Shown: positions 24,336-32,837 of the stretch, piece after piece
Layout of the letters: each line of letters opens with the position of its first letter
Numbering within the stretch: position 1 is the stretch's first letter
NCBI GenBank assembly: GCA_902772675.1
Contig: CACYBN010000106.1
Coordinates: 1-32,837 of the forward strand
Source: an uncultured Erysipelotrichaceae bacterium
GTDB taxonomy: Bacteria; Bacillota_I; Bacilli_A; RF39; UBA660
DNA length: 32,837 bases
Direction: 5' to 3'
Notes under the pieces: model-generated
Told to the model about the DNA's origin: nothing
Database searches by the model: none
What the model saw: the letters and a program-made list of their open reading frames with translations, nothing else
Program-made: the position numbers and the translations under genes

Positions 24336-26375
24336 ATGAAAAATAAGAAATTAATTATTATAATACCTATAGTAATTGCTCTAATAGTATTTATCGGAGT
24401 TTACTTTTACTATTATAGAGAAGATGGAAATTCTTTAAATGTTACTGATAAAAGATGGATTGAAGAGAATGTTAAATCTTTAATAGATATTGAATTACCT
24501 AATGATTATCCTGTTTATGGAGAACAAAAGGGAGTAATGCAAAACTTTATTTCTAGTTTTGAAACTGCATCTAAAATAGAATTTAATAAGATTAGTTATT
24601 CTAAAGAAGGAGTAGCTAGTACTAATGGATTAAGATTTAGAGTTCTTAATAATGATGAAGAATTAACAGATAAAGATCTTTTAGTTAATGAAGATGTTTA
24701 TGTTTTAGTTGGACTTGAAAATAAGAAGATAGATTCTATTATTGATTTAAAAAATACTAAGTTAGGAGTTTTATCTTCTGATATAGGGGAAGCAAGTTAT
24801 TATTTTAGTAATGTAGAAAATATTACATATAAGAAATATGATGATTCTAATAGTTTATTTCAAGCTTTAAATACTAAACAAGTAGATATGATTATTATTC
24901 CTAATTTAATGTATATTAATAAAACATTCCCAGGAGATGATTATCATATAATTTATACTGTTTCAGAAATGAGTAAAAAGATAGTATTAACTCTATCTGA
25001 TAAAGATTCTAGATTAAATGATATTACTGAGAAATATTTCAATTCATGGAAGAGAAATTCATTTGTTGAAGTATATAATGATGCTTTATTTAATTACTAT
25101 ATAACTACTAAAGAAATTAGTGATTCTACAACTGCTAAATTACAAGCTAAGACATATAAATATGGATATGTTGAAAATTATCCATATGAAGTAAAAAAGA
25201 AAAAGTCTTTAGTAGGAATCTGTGGAGAATATATTTCTAGAGTTAATAGATTAACTGGTATAGATTTTGAATTTATTAAATATGATTCAGTTGAAGATTT
25301 ATTAAAAGCTGTTGAAAACAAAGAAGTAGATATTTATTTCAACTATTATGATGTTGCAAATGAAAATTACAATGAGTTATCATCACCTTTTGTGGAAAAA
25401 TATACAGTTATTTCTAGAATATCTGATTCTAATGTAGTTACTTCATTTGAATCATTAAAAGGTAAAAAGATAAGTATGATTGGTAATACAGCTTTATTTA
25501 ATTATTTTAAAGATAATTCTAAAGCTAATATCAATGAGTATAAAGATATTAATGAATTACTTTCTAAAGGAAAAGATAATATTATTGTAGTAGATTCTGA
25601 AGTATATACTTATTATAGAAATAGTAAGTTTAAAGACTATGAAGCTTTATATTCAGATTATATTACTAAAGATTATGCATTTATGGTTAAAGATGGAGAA
25701 ACTATTTTTAGTGATATATTTAACTATTTAATAGCATCTAACTCTTATTATAGATATCGTAATATTGGTATTAATGAAATAAATAATAAGAATGATATAG
25801 AAGCTGAAAGTTTTGAACAATTATATATTATTATTTTAGTAATTATATTAATACCTGTAATTATATTAATTACTTTAATTACACTTCTTAAGAGAAAGAA
25901 AGTAGTTAAGAAAGTTAAAAAAGAAGAGAGAAGAAAATATATAGATAATTTAACTTCATTAAAGAATAGAAGTTATTTGAACTTTAATATTGAAAATTGG
26001 AATAAATCAGAAAAATATCCTCAATCAGTTGTAGTAGTAGATCTTAACAATGTTAAATATGTTAATGATAATTATGGTCATGAAGCTGGAGATAATCTTA
26101 TTGTTCAAGCTGCATCAACATTATTAAATACTCAACTTGAAAATAGTGAGTTAATTAGAACTGATGGTAATGAATTCTTAATATATCTAGTTGGTTATAG
26201 CGAAAAACAAATTGAAATATATACTAAGAAATTAACTAAGGAATTAAAAGAATTACCATATGGATTTGGGGCTGCGATTGGATATAGTATTATTAAAGAT
26301 GGTATGAAAACTATTGATGATGCTATTAACGAAGCAACTTTAGAAATGAGAACTAATAAAGAGGATTACAAATAA
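24336..26375 (+). CDS. membrane sensor protein: ~470-aa extracytoplasmic region between two TM helices plus a C-terminal GGDEF-family domain with a degenerate active site (DGNEF)
   Basis: TM1 is residues ~6-26 and TM2 is ~496-518. GGDEF-domain landmarks are LTSLKNRSY, VVVVDLNNVKYVNDNYGHEAGDNLI and LIRTDGNEFLIYL. The motif codons GAT GGT AAT GAA TTC lie at 26163-26177. Confidence 0.85.
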   Translation: MKNKKLIIIIPIVIALIVFIGVYFYYYREDGNSLNVTDKRWIEENVKSLIDIELPNDYPVYGEQKGVMQNFISSFETASKIEFNKISYSKEGVASTNGLRFRVLNNDEELTDKDLLVNEDVYVLVGLENKKIDSIIDLKNTKLGVLSSDIGEASYYFSNVENITYKKYDDSNSLFQALNTKQVDMIIIPNLMYINKTFPGDDYHIIYTVSEMSKKIVLTLSDKDSRLNDITEKYFNSWKRNSFVEVYNDALFNYYITTKEISDSTTAKLQAKTYKYGYVENYPYEVKKKKSLVGICGEYISRVNRLTGIDFEFIKYDSVEDLLKAVENKEVDIYFNYYDVANENYNELSSPFVEKYTVISRISDSNVVTSFESLKGKKISMIGNTALFNYFKDNSKANINEYKDINELLSKGKDNIIVVDSEVYTYYRNSKFKDYEALYSDYITKDYAFMVKDGETIFSDIFNYLIASNSYYRYRNIGINEINNKNDIEAESFEQLYIIILVIILIPVIILITLITLLKRKKVVKKVKKEERRKYIDNLTSLKNRSYLNFNIENWNKSEKYPQSVVVVDLNNVKYVNDNYGHEAGDNLIVQAASTLLNTQLENSELIRTDGNEFLIYLVGYSEKQIEIYTKKLTKELKELPYGFGAAIGYSIIKDGMKTIDDAINEATLEMRTNKEDYK

Positions 26376-26377
26376 TT

Positions 26378-27193
26378 ATGAAAAAGAGATTTAAAGCTTT
26401 AATAAATAGATTAAAGAAAAATATTAAGTCTCCAGAAATGAAAGTATTGCCAGGACAACTGGCTTTCTTCTTTGTCTTAATATTAATACCATTAATAGCT
26501 TTGACTTTGTCAATATGTGCTAATTTTAATATTTCTGATTCTTTCCTTAGATTGTTAAAAAATGCTGATTTTCCTGATGGTATTGTTCTTTTAATCAGTT
26601 TGATGAGTAATAGTAAAGTAGAAGGTTTTAATCTAATATTTTATGTATCAGCTTTGATACTTGCTAGTAATGGTACATATTCTATAATATGTGTATCTAA
26701 TCAAATATATAAAATAAAAAATAGAGGTTATCTATATGATAGATTAAAATCTATAGCTATGCTTTTAGTATTAATAGTAATATTCTTATTTGTAGCAATA
26801 GTTCCAATGCTTGGACATTCAATTATTAAAACTATAAGTATTGCTATTAATAGTGATGTTTTATCAGAGTATGTAAGAACTATGTATGGATTGTTAAATG
26901 TACCATTGTCATGGATATTTATCTTTATAGGTATTAAATTGATATTTATAATGGCACCTGATGCTAAAATTCCAAGTAAGAAGGTTAATTATGGTGCGTT
27001 ATTTACATCTTTTTCATGGGTGTTATTTACTAAGTTATATTCTTTATATATAGCTTTATCTAATAGCTTTAATAATATTTATGGTAGTATTTCTAGTGTT
27101 ATAGTTCTTATGTGGTGGATATATTTCTTATCATATTTCTTTGTGATGGGAATGGCTTTAAATGTATGTAAATATGAGGAAAAAAGGAGTTAA
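26378..27193 (+). CDS. YihY/BrkB-family membrane protein
   Basis: N-terminal LPGQLAFFFVLILIPLIAL and polytopic layout, with the size typical of YihY. Confidence 0.75.
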   Translation: MKKRFKALINRLKKNIKSPEMKVLPGQLAFFFVLILIPLIALTLSICANFNISDSFLRLLKNADFPDGIVLLISLMSNSKVEGFNLIFYVSALILASNGTYSIICVSNQIYKIKNRGYLYDRLKSIAMLLVLIVIFLFVAIVPMLGHSIIKTISIAINSDVLSEYVRTMYGLLNVPLSWIFIFIGIKLIFIMAPDAKIPSKKVNYGALFTSFSWVLFTKLYSLYIALSNSFNNIYGSISSVIVLMWWIYFLSYFFVMGMALNVCKYEEKRS

Positions 27194-27209
27194 CTATTCC
27201 TTTTTTTTT
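27181..27209 (+). terminator. weak candidate intrinsic terminator
   Basis: AAAAAGGA-(9 nt)-TCCTTTTT followed by more T. The stem has only two G:C pairs and overlaps the stop codon. Confidence 0.35.
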
Positions 27210-27253
27210 ATATTTGATATAAAATTATATTGATATTGGAGTGAGGTATTAGT

Positions 27254-29374
27254 ATGAAGAAGATTAGGAGTAAGAAGAATACTTTAAAACATAAAGTAAA
27301 AAGTTTCTTTAATCAATTGATACATAATCCCGGTGGATTACTAATAGATATCTTTAGAGATATTAAGTTATATATTACTACAAATATATTTTTTTGTTTG
27401 TATGTTATTTTTAATGTTATAAATGGTATTTTAGTTAGATATCTTACTACTGGTGTTGCTTCTAATATAACTGAAATACAACCTTTACTAGCAGATATTG
27501 CTCTAGTTACTTTTTTAGGATCTCTTGGATATTTAATGAGACATAAATTAAGAGTAATATATTGGTATTTTTTAACTATAGTATTTACTTTAATATGTGT
27601 AATTAATTCTGTATATTATACATTTTATTCATCATATGTTTCTGTATCATTATTATCTACTGCTAAATATGGAGAAGATGTTAGTGATGCTATTGTTGAT
27701 ATATTAGAGTTAAAAGATTTTTGTTATATATTAATACCTGTTTGTTTATTATTTATATTTTTTAATTTATCTAGAAGAAAATATTTTAATAGTGTTGAAA
27801 CTAATAATAAAGAAAAAAGAAAATGTTTAAGTACTATTATTTTATCATTAGTAATAGGTGCTATATTTGCATCTACTTTATCAAGTACAGATCTATCTAG
27901 AATTTCTAAACAATGGAATAGAGAATATATAGTAGTTAAATATGGTATATATGTATATCAAGCTAATGATATTATTAAAAGTGTAGAACCAAAAATATCA
28001 GCTTTATTTGGATACGATGAAGCTTTAAGAAAATTTAATGATTATTTCAAAAATAAACCAGATGAAGGTGAAAAGAATAATTACTCTAATGTTTTAGAAA
28101 ATAAAAATGTTATTGTTATTCATGCTGAAAGTATTCAAAGATTTGTAATTGGTCTAAAGATTAACGGAGTAGAAGTAGCTCCAAATTTAACTAAATTAGC
28201 TAATTCAGGTTTATATTTTAGTAATTTCTATACACAAGTTAGTGTAGGTACTAGTTCAGATAGTGAATTTACTTTTAATACAGGATTAATGCCATCTAAT
28301 AATGGTACTGCTTTTGTTAGTTATTTTGACAGGACATATATATCTTTACCAAAACAATTGAAAGAAAAAGGTTATTATAATGTTTCTATGCATGGTAATG
28401 TTGCTTCATATTGGAATAGAGCAGTTATGCATAAAACTTTAGGATACAATGAAGTTATTGGTAAAGCTGATTACGATATAGATGAAGTAATAGGTTTAGG
28501 TTTATCTGATAAATCCTTCTTTAAACAATCTATAGAAAAATTAAAAGATTTAAGAAGTAAACATGATAAGTTATATGCAACTTTAATTATGCTTACTAAT
28601 CATACTCCATTCTATGTTGAAGATGGATATGATGTAACATTAAAAGTTAATGAAAAAGATCAAAATGGTAATATGGTTACTAATGAATATGATTATATGG
28701 AAGGTACTAAATTAGGTAGATATTTAAAATCAGTTCATTATGCAGATGAAGCTTTAGGTGAATTCTTAGATGGACTTGAGGCTGAAGGTATTTTAGATGA
28801 TACAGTAATTGTTTTATATGGAGATCATGATGCAAGACTTCCTAAATCTGACTATGTAAGATTCTATAACTATGATTATAAAACTAATTCACTTCGTGAT
28901 AAGGATGATAAAGATTATGTAGTATTTGATAGTTATGAATATGAATTAAATAGATCAACTCCATTTATTATATGGACAAAAGATAAGAAGATTAAAAAAG
29001 CATCCATGGATAGAGAAATAAATACAGTAATGGGTATGTATGATGTTTATCCTACTTTAGGTAATATGTTAGGTGTATATAACAAATATAATCTAGGACA
29101 TGATATGATGAGTTTAAAAGAGAATGATAATATTGTTATATTCCCTACAGGTAACTGGTTAACTAATAAAGTTTATTATAATTCTCAAAAGAGTGAGACT
29201 TATATGATAGAGGCTACTACTTTACCTGATGATTATATAAGTTCTAGATGTACTTATGCAGAACAGTTATTAAGTGTTTCTAATAATGTTATAGTTTATA
29301 ATTTGTTAAAAACCGTTGAAGAAAATAAAGAAAAAATAGATGAGTCAGAAATAGTAGAAGGAGCAAGTAATTAA
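27254..29374 (+). CDS. LtaS-family lipoteichoic acid synthase (polytopic N-terminus plus extracellular sulfatase-fold domain)
   Basis: Five N-terminal TM helices. Sulfatase-type domain with VIVIHAESIQ, GTSSDSEFTFNTGLMP (nucleophile Thr context as in LtaS) and LYGDHD. Confidence 0.88.
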   Translation: MKKIRSKKNTLKHKVKSFFNQLIHNPGGLLIDIFRDIKLYITTNIFFCLYVIFNVINGILVRYLTTGVASNITEIQPLLADIALVTFLGSLGYLMRHKLRVIYWYFLTIVFTLICVINSVYYTFYSSYVSVSLLSTAKYGEDVSDAIVDILELKDFCYILIPVCLLFIFFNLSRRKYFNSVETNNKEKRKCLSTIILSLVIGAIFASTLSSTDLSRISKQWNREYIVVKYGIYVYQANDIIKSVEPKISALFGYDEALRKFNDYFKNKPDEGEKNNYSNVLENKNVIVIHAESIQRFVIGLKINGVEVAPNLTKLANSGLYFSNFYTQVSVGTSSDSEFTFNTGLMPSNNGTAFVSYFDRTYISLPKQLKEKGYYNVSMHGNVASYWNRAVMHKTLGYNEVIGKADYDIDEVIGLGLSDKSFFKQSIEKLKDLRSKHDKLYATLIMLTNHTPFYVEDGYDVTLKVNEKDQNGNMVTNEYDYMEGTKLGRYLKSVHYADEALGEFLDGLEAEGILDDTVIVLYGDHDARLPKSDYVRFYNYDYKTNSLRDKDDKDYVVFDSYEYELNRSTPFIIWTKDKKIKKASMDREINTVMGMYDVYPTLGNMLGVYNKYNLGHDMMSLKENDNIVIFPTGNWLTNKVYYNSQKSETYMIEATTLPDDYISSRCTYAEQLLSVSNNVIVYNLLKTVEENKEKIDESEIVEGASN

Positions 29375-30033
29375 TGAGTAGAGATAGTAAAAAGAAAGTA
29401 TCAATTTTAGGTAAAATATTAGGATTACTTATATTTATATTAATTGTTTTAGTAATAGTTATTGTTCTTAAGAAAACAGTATTTAAAAAGGATGATAAAC
29501 CAGTAAAAAAGAAGTCTGAAAAAGTAGAAACAATAGAGAATTTTGATTATTATTTATATGATAATAGTACAGATTTGTATAAGAAATTATATTATGAGTT
29601 AAAAGATTGCCTAAAAGAAAAAGAAGTTAATGAAGAGGAATATGCTAAATTAATAGCTGAACTTTTTGTTGCCGATTTCTATTCTTTAGATGCAAAATTA
29701 ACTAATCAAGATGTTGGAGGATTAGATTTCATATATTCTAGTATTAAAGAAAACTTTAAATTAAATGCTGTTGATACTATTTATAAATATGTTAAAAGTA
29801 ATGTTTATGGAGATAGAAATCAAGATTTACCTGAAGTATCTGAAATAGTATCTGCGACTGTAACTAAGACAGCTTATAAATATAGTAAAGGTAATATCAA
29901 TATACTTGATCCAAGCGCATATGTTGTAAATATTAAATGGAGTTATAAGAAGTCATCTTCTTATCAAACAAGTGCTAAAATAACTCTAGTACATGAAAAA
30001 GAAAATCTTTTATCTATAATAAAAGTTCAATAA
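29374..30033 (+). CDS. hypothetical N-terminally membrane-anchored extracytoplasmic protein (219 aa)
   Basis: TAATG coupling to the LtaS-family gene. TM helix ILGKILGLLIFILIVLVIVIVL. Confidence 0.6.
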   Translation: MSRDSKKKVSILGKILGLLIFILIVLVIVIVLKKTVFKKDDKPVKKKSEKVETIENFDYYLYDNSTDLYKKLYYELKDCLKEKEVNEEEYAKLIAELFVADFYSLDAKLTNQDVGGLDFIYSSIKENFKLNAVDTIYKYVKSNVYGDRNQDLPEVSEIVSATVTKTAYKYSKGNINILDPSAYVVNIKWSYKKSSSYQTSAKITLVHEKENLLSIIKVQ

Positions 30034-30036
30034 TAT

Positions 30037-30059
30037 AAAGAAGTGTATACTTCTTTTTT
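30037..30059 (+). terminator. intrinsic terminator
   Basis: AAAGAAGT-GTAT-ACTTCTTT hairpin plus T-run. Confidence 0.65.
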
Positions 30060-30062
30060 GTA

Positions 30063-30071
30063 TGTTATAAT
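30063..30071 (+). promoter_or_regulatory. candidate extended -10 promoter element (TGTTATAAT)
   Basis: TGnTATAAT match 22 nt upstream of ATG 30094, with GAGGTGA RBS in between. Confidence 0.45.
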
Positions 30072-30093
30072 TAAATTGAAGAGGTGATTATTT

Positions 30094-31443
30094 ATGGATT
30101 TTACTTTTGTAATTATTATTGATGATATAACTAAATTAGAAAAGAAAATGTCATATTTAAAATCATTAAAAACTAGTCAATATATATTTATTGGTCCTGG
30201 TAAATATAAAGATCAATTAGAGTACTTATATAATTGTAAGTATATAGAGGATTCTTTATCTAATGTTGCTGATGCTTATAATAAGAGTTTTGAATTTATC
30301 GAAGGAAGATATGTTAATTTTTCTTATGCATCAGGTTTTATTAATAAGAAAGATCTTATGTATTTAAGTAATACTATATATAATTATAATATTATAGCTT
30401 TAGATTCTATTTTAAATACTAAAAAAACTCCATTAACAGAAAGTAAATTATATAAAGTAGATGATTTAGATATAAAACTAATATTTAATATTGGATCTTA
30501 TTTCTTTAAATATAAAACTTTTAAAAATAATAGATTTGATCCTGATTTTGAAGAACATTCAGTTATAGAATATATTGTTAATACTATTATTGATAATGGA
30601 AGTTTTTATTATTTAAAAGGAGCTTTTTATCATGAATATGAAGATATATCTGATTATAATAATTCATTGAGTTTGAAGAAGGATTATTATAATGAAAAAT
30701 TTTTCTCATTCTTAAATGTATTACAAGAAACAGATCTTGTATTTGTAGATTATACATGTATATATTTAATATTACTTAGATTAGCTTCTAATTATAATGA
30801 TAAAGGAGTATTAAATAATTCTGAGATAGAGGAATTTATTGATAATACTAGAAATATTTTAAATAATATAGATGATAAATTAATTAGATCATATAGATCT
30901 AAAGTAAATGATAGTTTTAATAAAGTATTATTTAGTATTAAATATGATTATAAAGATTTAAAACTTAATGATCATGGAATGATTTTAGTAGATAAAGATA
31001 TTATTTCTTCACCAACTGATTCTAAGATAGTTATAACAAGAATAAATAATGAAAGAAATTATTTAGAGTTTGATATAGCATATGATTCAAAAGAATTAAT
31101 AGATTTAGGTGGAAGTATTATAGCAAAATTAGATAATAGAGCAATACCTATAGATAGTATTCCATCTAATAGAGTTCTTTATTTCTTTAAAAAACCTTTT
31201 AGAGAAGAAGTAATGTATAATTTTAAAGTTAATAAAAATGAAATAAAAGATAATTCCAAAATTAAATTCTATTTTAAATATAATGATTTTGAAGAAGAGT
31301 TATATTTTAGATATTCAGGTAGAGGTAATAAAAAGATAATTTATGATAAAGATAAATTCTTTGAACCTAAACATGATAGCATTTCTTTTAGTAGAGTTTC
31401 TAATTTATATTTGATTTTAAAGAAGATAAAAGATATTTTTTAG
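30094..31443 (+). CDS. hypothetical soluble protein (449 aa)
   Basis: Long ORF with a good RBS. The N-terminus FTFVIIIDD faintly recalls a GT-A glycosyltransferase first strand, but I see no DxD context that I trust. Confidence 0.6.
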   Translation: MDFTFVIIIDDITKLEKKMSYLKSLKTSQYIFIGPGKYKDQLEYLYNCKYIEDSLSNVADAYNKSFEFIEGRYVNFSYASGFINKKDLMYLSNTIYNYNIIALDSILNTKKTPLTESKLYKVDDLDIKLIFNIGSYFFKYKTFKNNRFDPDFEEHSVIEYIVNTIIDNGSFYYLKGAFYHEYEDISDYNNSLSLKKDYYNEKFFSFLNVLQETDLVFVDYTCIYLILLRLASNYNDKGVLNNSEIEEFIDNTRNILNNIDDKLIRSYRSKVNDSFNKVLFSIKYDYKDLKLNDHGMILVDKDIISSPTDSKIVITRINNERNYLEFDIAYDSKELIDLGGSIIAKLDNRAIPIDSIPSNRVLYFFKKPFREEVMYNFKVNKNEIKDNSKIKFYFKYNDFEEELYFRYSGRGNKKIIYDKDKFFEPKHDSISFSRVSNLYLILKKIKDIF

Positions 31444-31449
31444 TAATTG

Positions 31450-31478
31450 TTGAAATATTAAATTTTAAGTTTTATAAT
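31450..31478 (+). promoter_or_regulatory. candidate sigma-A-type promoter TTGAAA-17-TATAAT
   Basis: -35 at 31450-31455, an exact 17-nt spacer, and consensus -10 at 31473-31478, 21 nt upstream of ATG 31500 (AGGTGA RBS). Confidence 0.55.
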
Positions 31479-31499
31479 AATGCTTACTTAGGTGATTTT

Positions 31500-32738
31500 A
31501 TGATTAAAAAAATAATACAAGTCATAATATTTATATTATCTTTAATTATATTTATGCTTTGTTTAGTTAATTCATCTTTTAGTTTTACTTATACTATTAA
31601 AAGTGGTAAAAAACCATATTATACTAAAGTAAGTGAAAAGATGATTATCATTAACTATAATAATAGTGTTAAATCAGTAAAATATTGTTTTACAACAAAT
31701 TCAACATGTGATGACTACTTAGATTATAGTATTAATAAGAGTGATAAAATAATTACTGTTAAAATTGATTATCCAGAATATGAAATGGAACAACATATAT
31801 GTATTAAAGTAGAAAATGAAAATGATGAAGATGTTTATTGTAATCCTAAATATTATCATGTAGATAATTCATTACCTGTTATTGAGAAAAAATATGAAAC
31901 AGTTATTCTTGATAAGAGTAAAAAGTTTAGATTAGAAGATTTTTATGATGTATCATCTTCAGTTGGAATAAGTAGTTTTAAATGTTCTTTAACTGATAAA
32001 ACTATTGCTACAGGTAATATTGGTTGTAAGGCTGTTTCTAATAATGGATTAAGTTTATCAATTGATCAAAAAGTATATTATGATCAAGAATTTAAACTTG
32101 AAGGTAAAAAGATAGCTTTCTTTGGAGATAGTATTACTGCTGCTATAAAAGATGGATTTCGAGGATATGCTGGAAGAGTTGGATTAGCTAATTATATGGA
32201 TTGGTATAATTTTGCTAGAAGTGGTGCTAAAATAACTAATTCTAATAATCAAATAATTGAGCAAATACAAAAAGAAAAAAATAATGATTATGATTATATT
32301 ATTTTACAGGGTGGAATTAATGATGCTAGAGATAACGTTGAATTAGGAGAAATATCTAGTTCTTTTGAAGTAGAAGATTTCAGTGAGAGAACTTTTGCAG
32401 GTTCTTTAGAAACATTATTCTATTATACAAAAAAATATAATCCTAATAGTACGATTGGATTTATTATTACATATCAAACTCCTAATAGTAATTGGACTTA
32501 TGCTAGAGATAGAGAAGATCAAGTTGAATTAGTTAGAAAGATATGTAAGAAGTGGGAAATACCATATCTAGATTTATATGATGGAGTAGTTTATGAATCA
32601 GGTAAAACAAGAAGTTATTCTGATATTTTAAAAGTAAATACAGGTGGATATTTCTATTATAAGAATGATGTTCATCTAACACCTGCAGGTTATGATATTA
32701 TTTCTAAATATGTATCTATTTGGTTAAAAACTTTATAG
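31500..32738 (+). CDS. membrane-anchored SGNH/GDSL-family hydrolase with an N-terminal extracytoplasmic domain
   Basis: Signal anchor IIQVIIFILSLIIFMLCLV. SGNH blocks are FFGDSITAA (block I Ser), LQGGINDA (block III) and NDVHLTPAGY (block V DxxH). Confidence 0.8.
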   Translation: MIKKIIQVIIFILSLIIFMLCLVNSSFSFTYTIKSGKKPYYTKVSEKMIIINYNNSVKSVKYCFTTNSTCDDYLDYSINKSDKIITVKIDYPEYEMEQHICIKVENENDEDVYCNPKYYHVDNSLPVIEKKYETVILDKSKKFRLEDFYDVSSSVGISSFKCSLTDKTIATGNIGCKAVSNNGLSLSIDQKVYYDQEFKLEGKKIAFFGDSITAAIKDGFRGYAGRVGLANYMDWYNFARSGAKITNSNNQIIEQIQKEKNNDYDYIILQGGINDARDNVELGEISSSFEVEDFSERTFAGSLETLFYYTKKYNPNSTIGFIITYQTPNSNWTYARDREDQVELVRKICKKWEIPYLDLYDGVVYESGKTRSYSDILKVNTGGYFYYKNDVHLTPAGYDIISKYVSIWLKTL

Positions 32739-32760
32739 AAAGGGAAACCTTTCTTTTTCT
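32737..32760 (+). terminator. intrinsic terminator
   Basis: AGAAAGG-GAAA-CCTTTCT hairpin followed by TTTTTCTT. The left arm starts inside the stop codon. Confidence 0.65.
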
Positions 32761-32787
32761 TTATGATATAATGAAGATGGTGATAAT

Positions 32788-32837
32788 ATGAGAAATCATG
32801 GAATAGATTTACTTAAGATATATGCTATGTTTTTAAT
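32788..32837 (+). CDS. start of an ORF, possibly an acyltransferase-3 family membrane protein (truncated by the window end)
   Basis: GGTGA at 32779-32783, then ATG 32788. The 16 visible codons, MRNHGIDLLKIYAMFL, resemble the typical AT3 N-terminus (R..g.D.lk..a...). There is too little sequence to be sure. Confidence 0.35.
   Translation, partial: MRNHGIDLLKIYAMFL

Noticed and set aside
1-32837. Mollicutes-type genetic code (UGA=Trp), given the extreme AT-richness
   Set aside because: Several well-supported genes end in TGA (YitT 3851-3853, yidD 4069-4071, lipoprotein 9105-9107). Conserved proteins (Fhs, GatA, GatB, LtaS) are full length under the standard code.
1-32837. CRISPR arrays, tRNA or rRNA genes, tandem repeats
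   Set aside because: No regularly spaced direct repeats and no GC-rich structured RNA-like segments are visible. All intergenic regions are short (<135 nt), and promoters, RBSs and terminators account for them.

Overview
This is a very AT-rich chromosomal segment from a low-GC Gram-positive (Bacillota-like) bacterium. It uses the standard code: TGA is used as a stop, and gatA, gatB and fhs are uninterrupted. I count about 35 protein genes. I see no rRNA, tRNA, CRISPR array, transposase, integrase or nucleotide-level repeat family. Most genes are housekeeping or envelope functions. These include a COG2509 FAD protein, YitT, YidD, a NodB polysaccharide deacetylase, BI-1/YccA and a CobW/COG0523 GTPase. 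Also present are a TtcA-family PP-loop ATPase, a secreted CPHC thioredoxin-fold protein, formate-tetrahydrofolate ligase and gatCAB. The right end carries a membrane sensor with a degenerate GGDEF domain, YihY, an LtaS-type lipoteichoic acid synthase, an SGNH hydrolase and the first codons of an acyltransferase-3-like gene. The stand-out region is 11518-18173, six genes between the thioredoxin-like gene and fhs. On the minus strand is a tightly translationally coupled four-gene operon (14265-18173). It encodes a 576-aa coiled-coil protein with a C-proximal two-helix membrane hairpin, 61-aa and 143-aa orphans, and a 521-aa classical-clade AAA+ ATPase that looks Ycf46-like. A 789-aa plus 113-aa orphan pair (11518-14228) converges on this operon. 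I regard the AAA+ operon as the best candidate for an undescribed system, possibly together with the convergent pair. Its function cannot be read from the sequence alone. All family assignments come from motif recognition by eye, and no searches were run.
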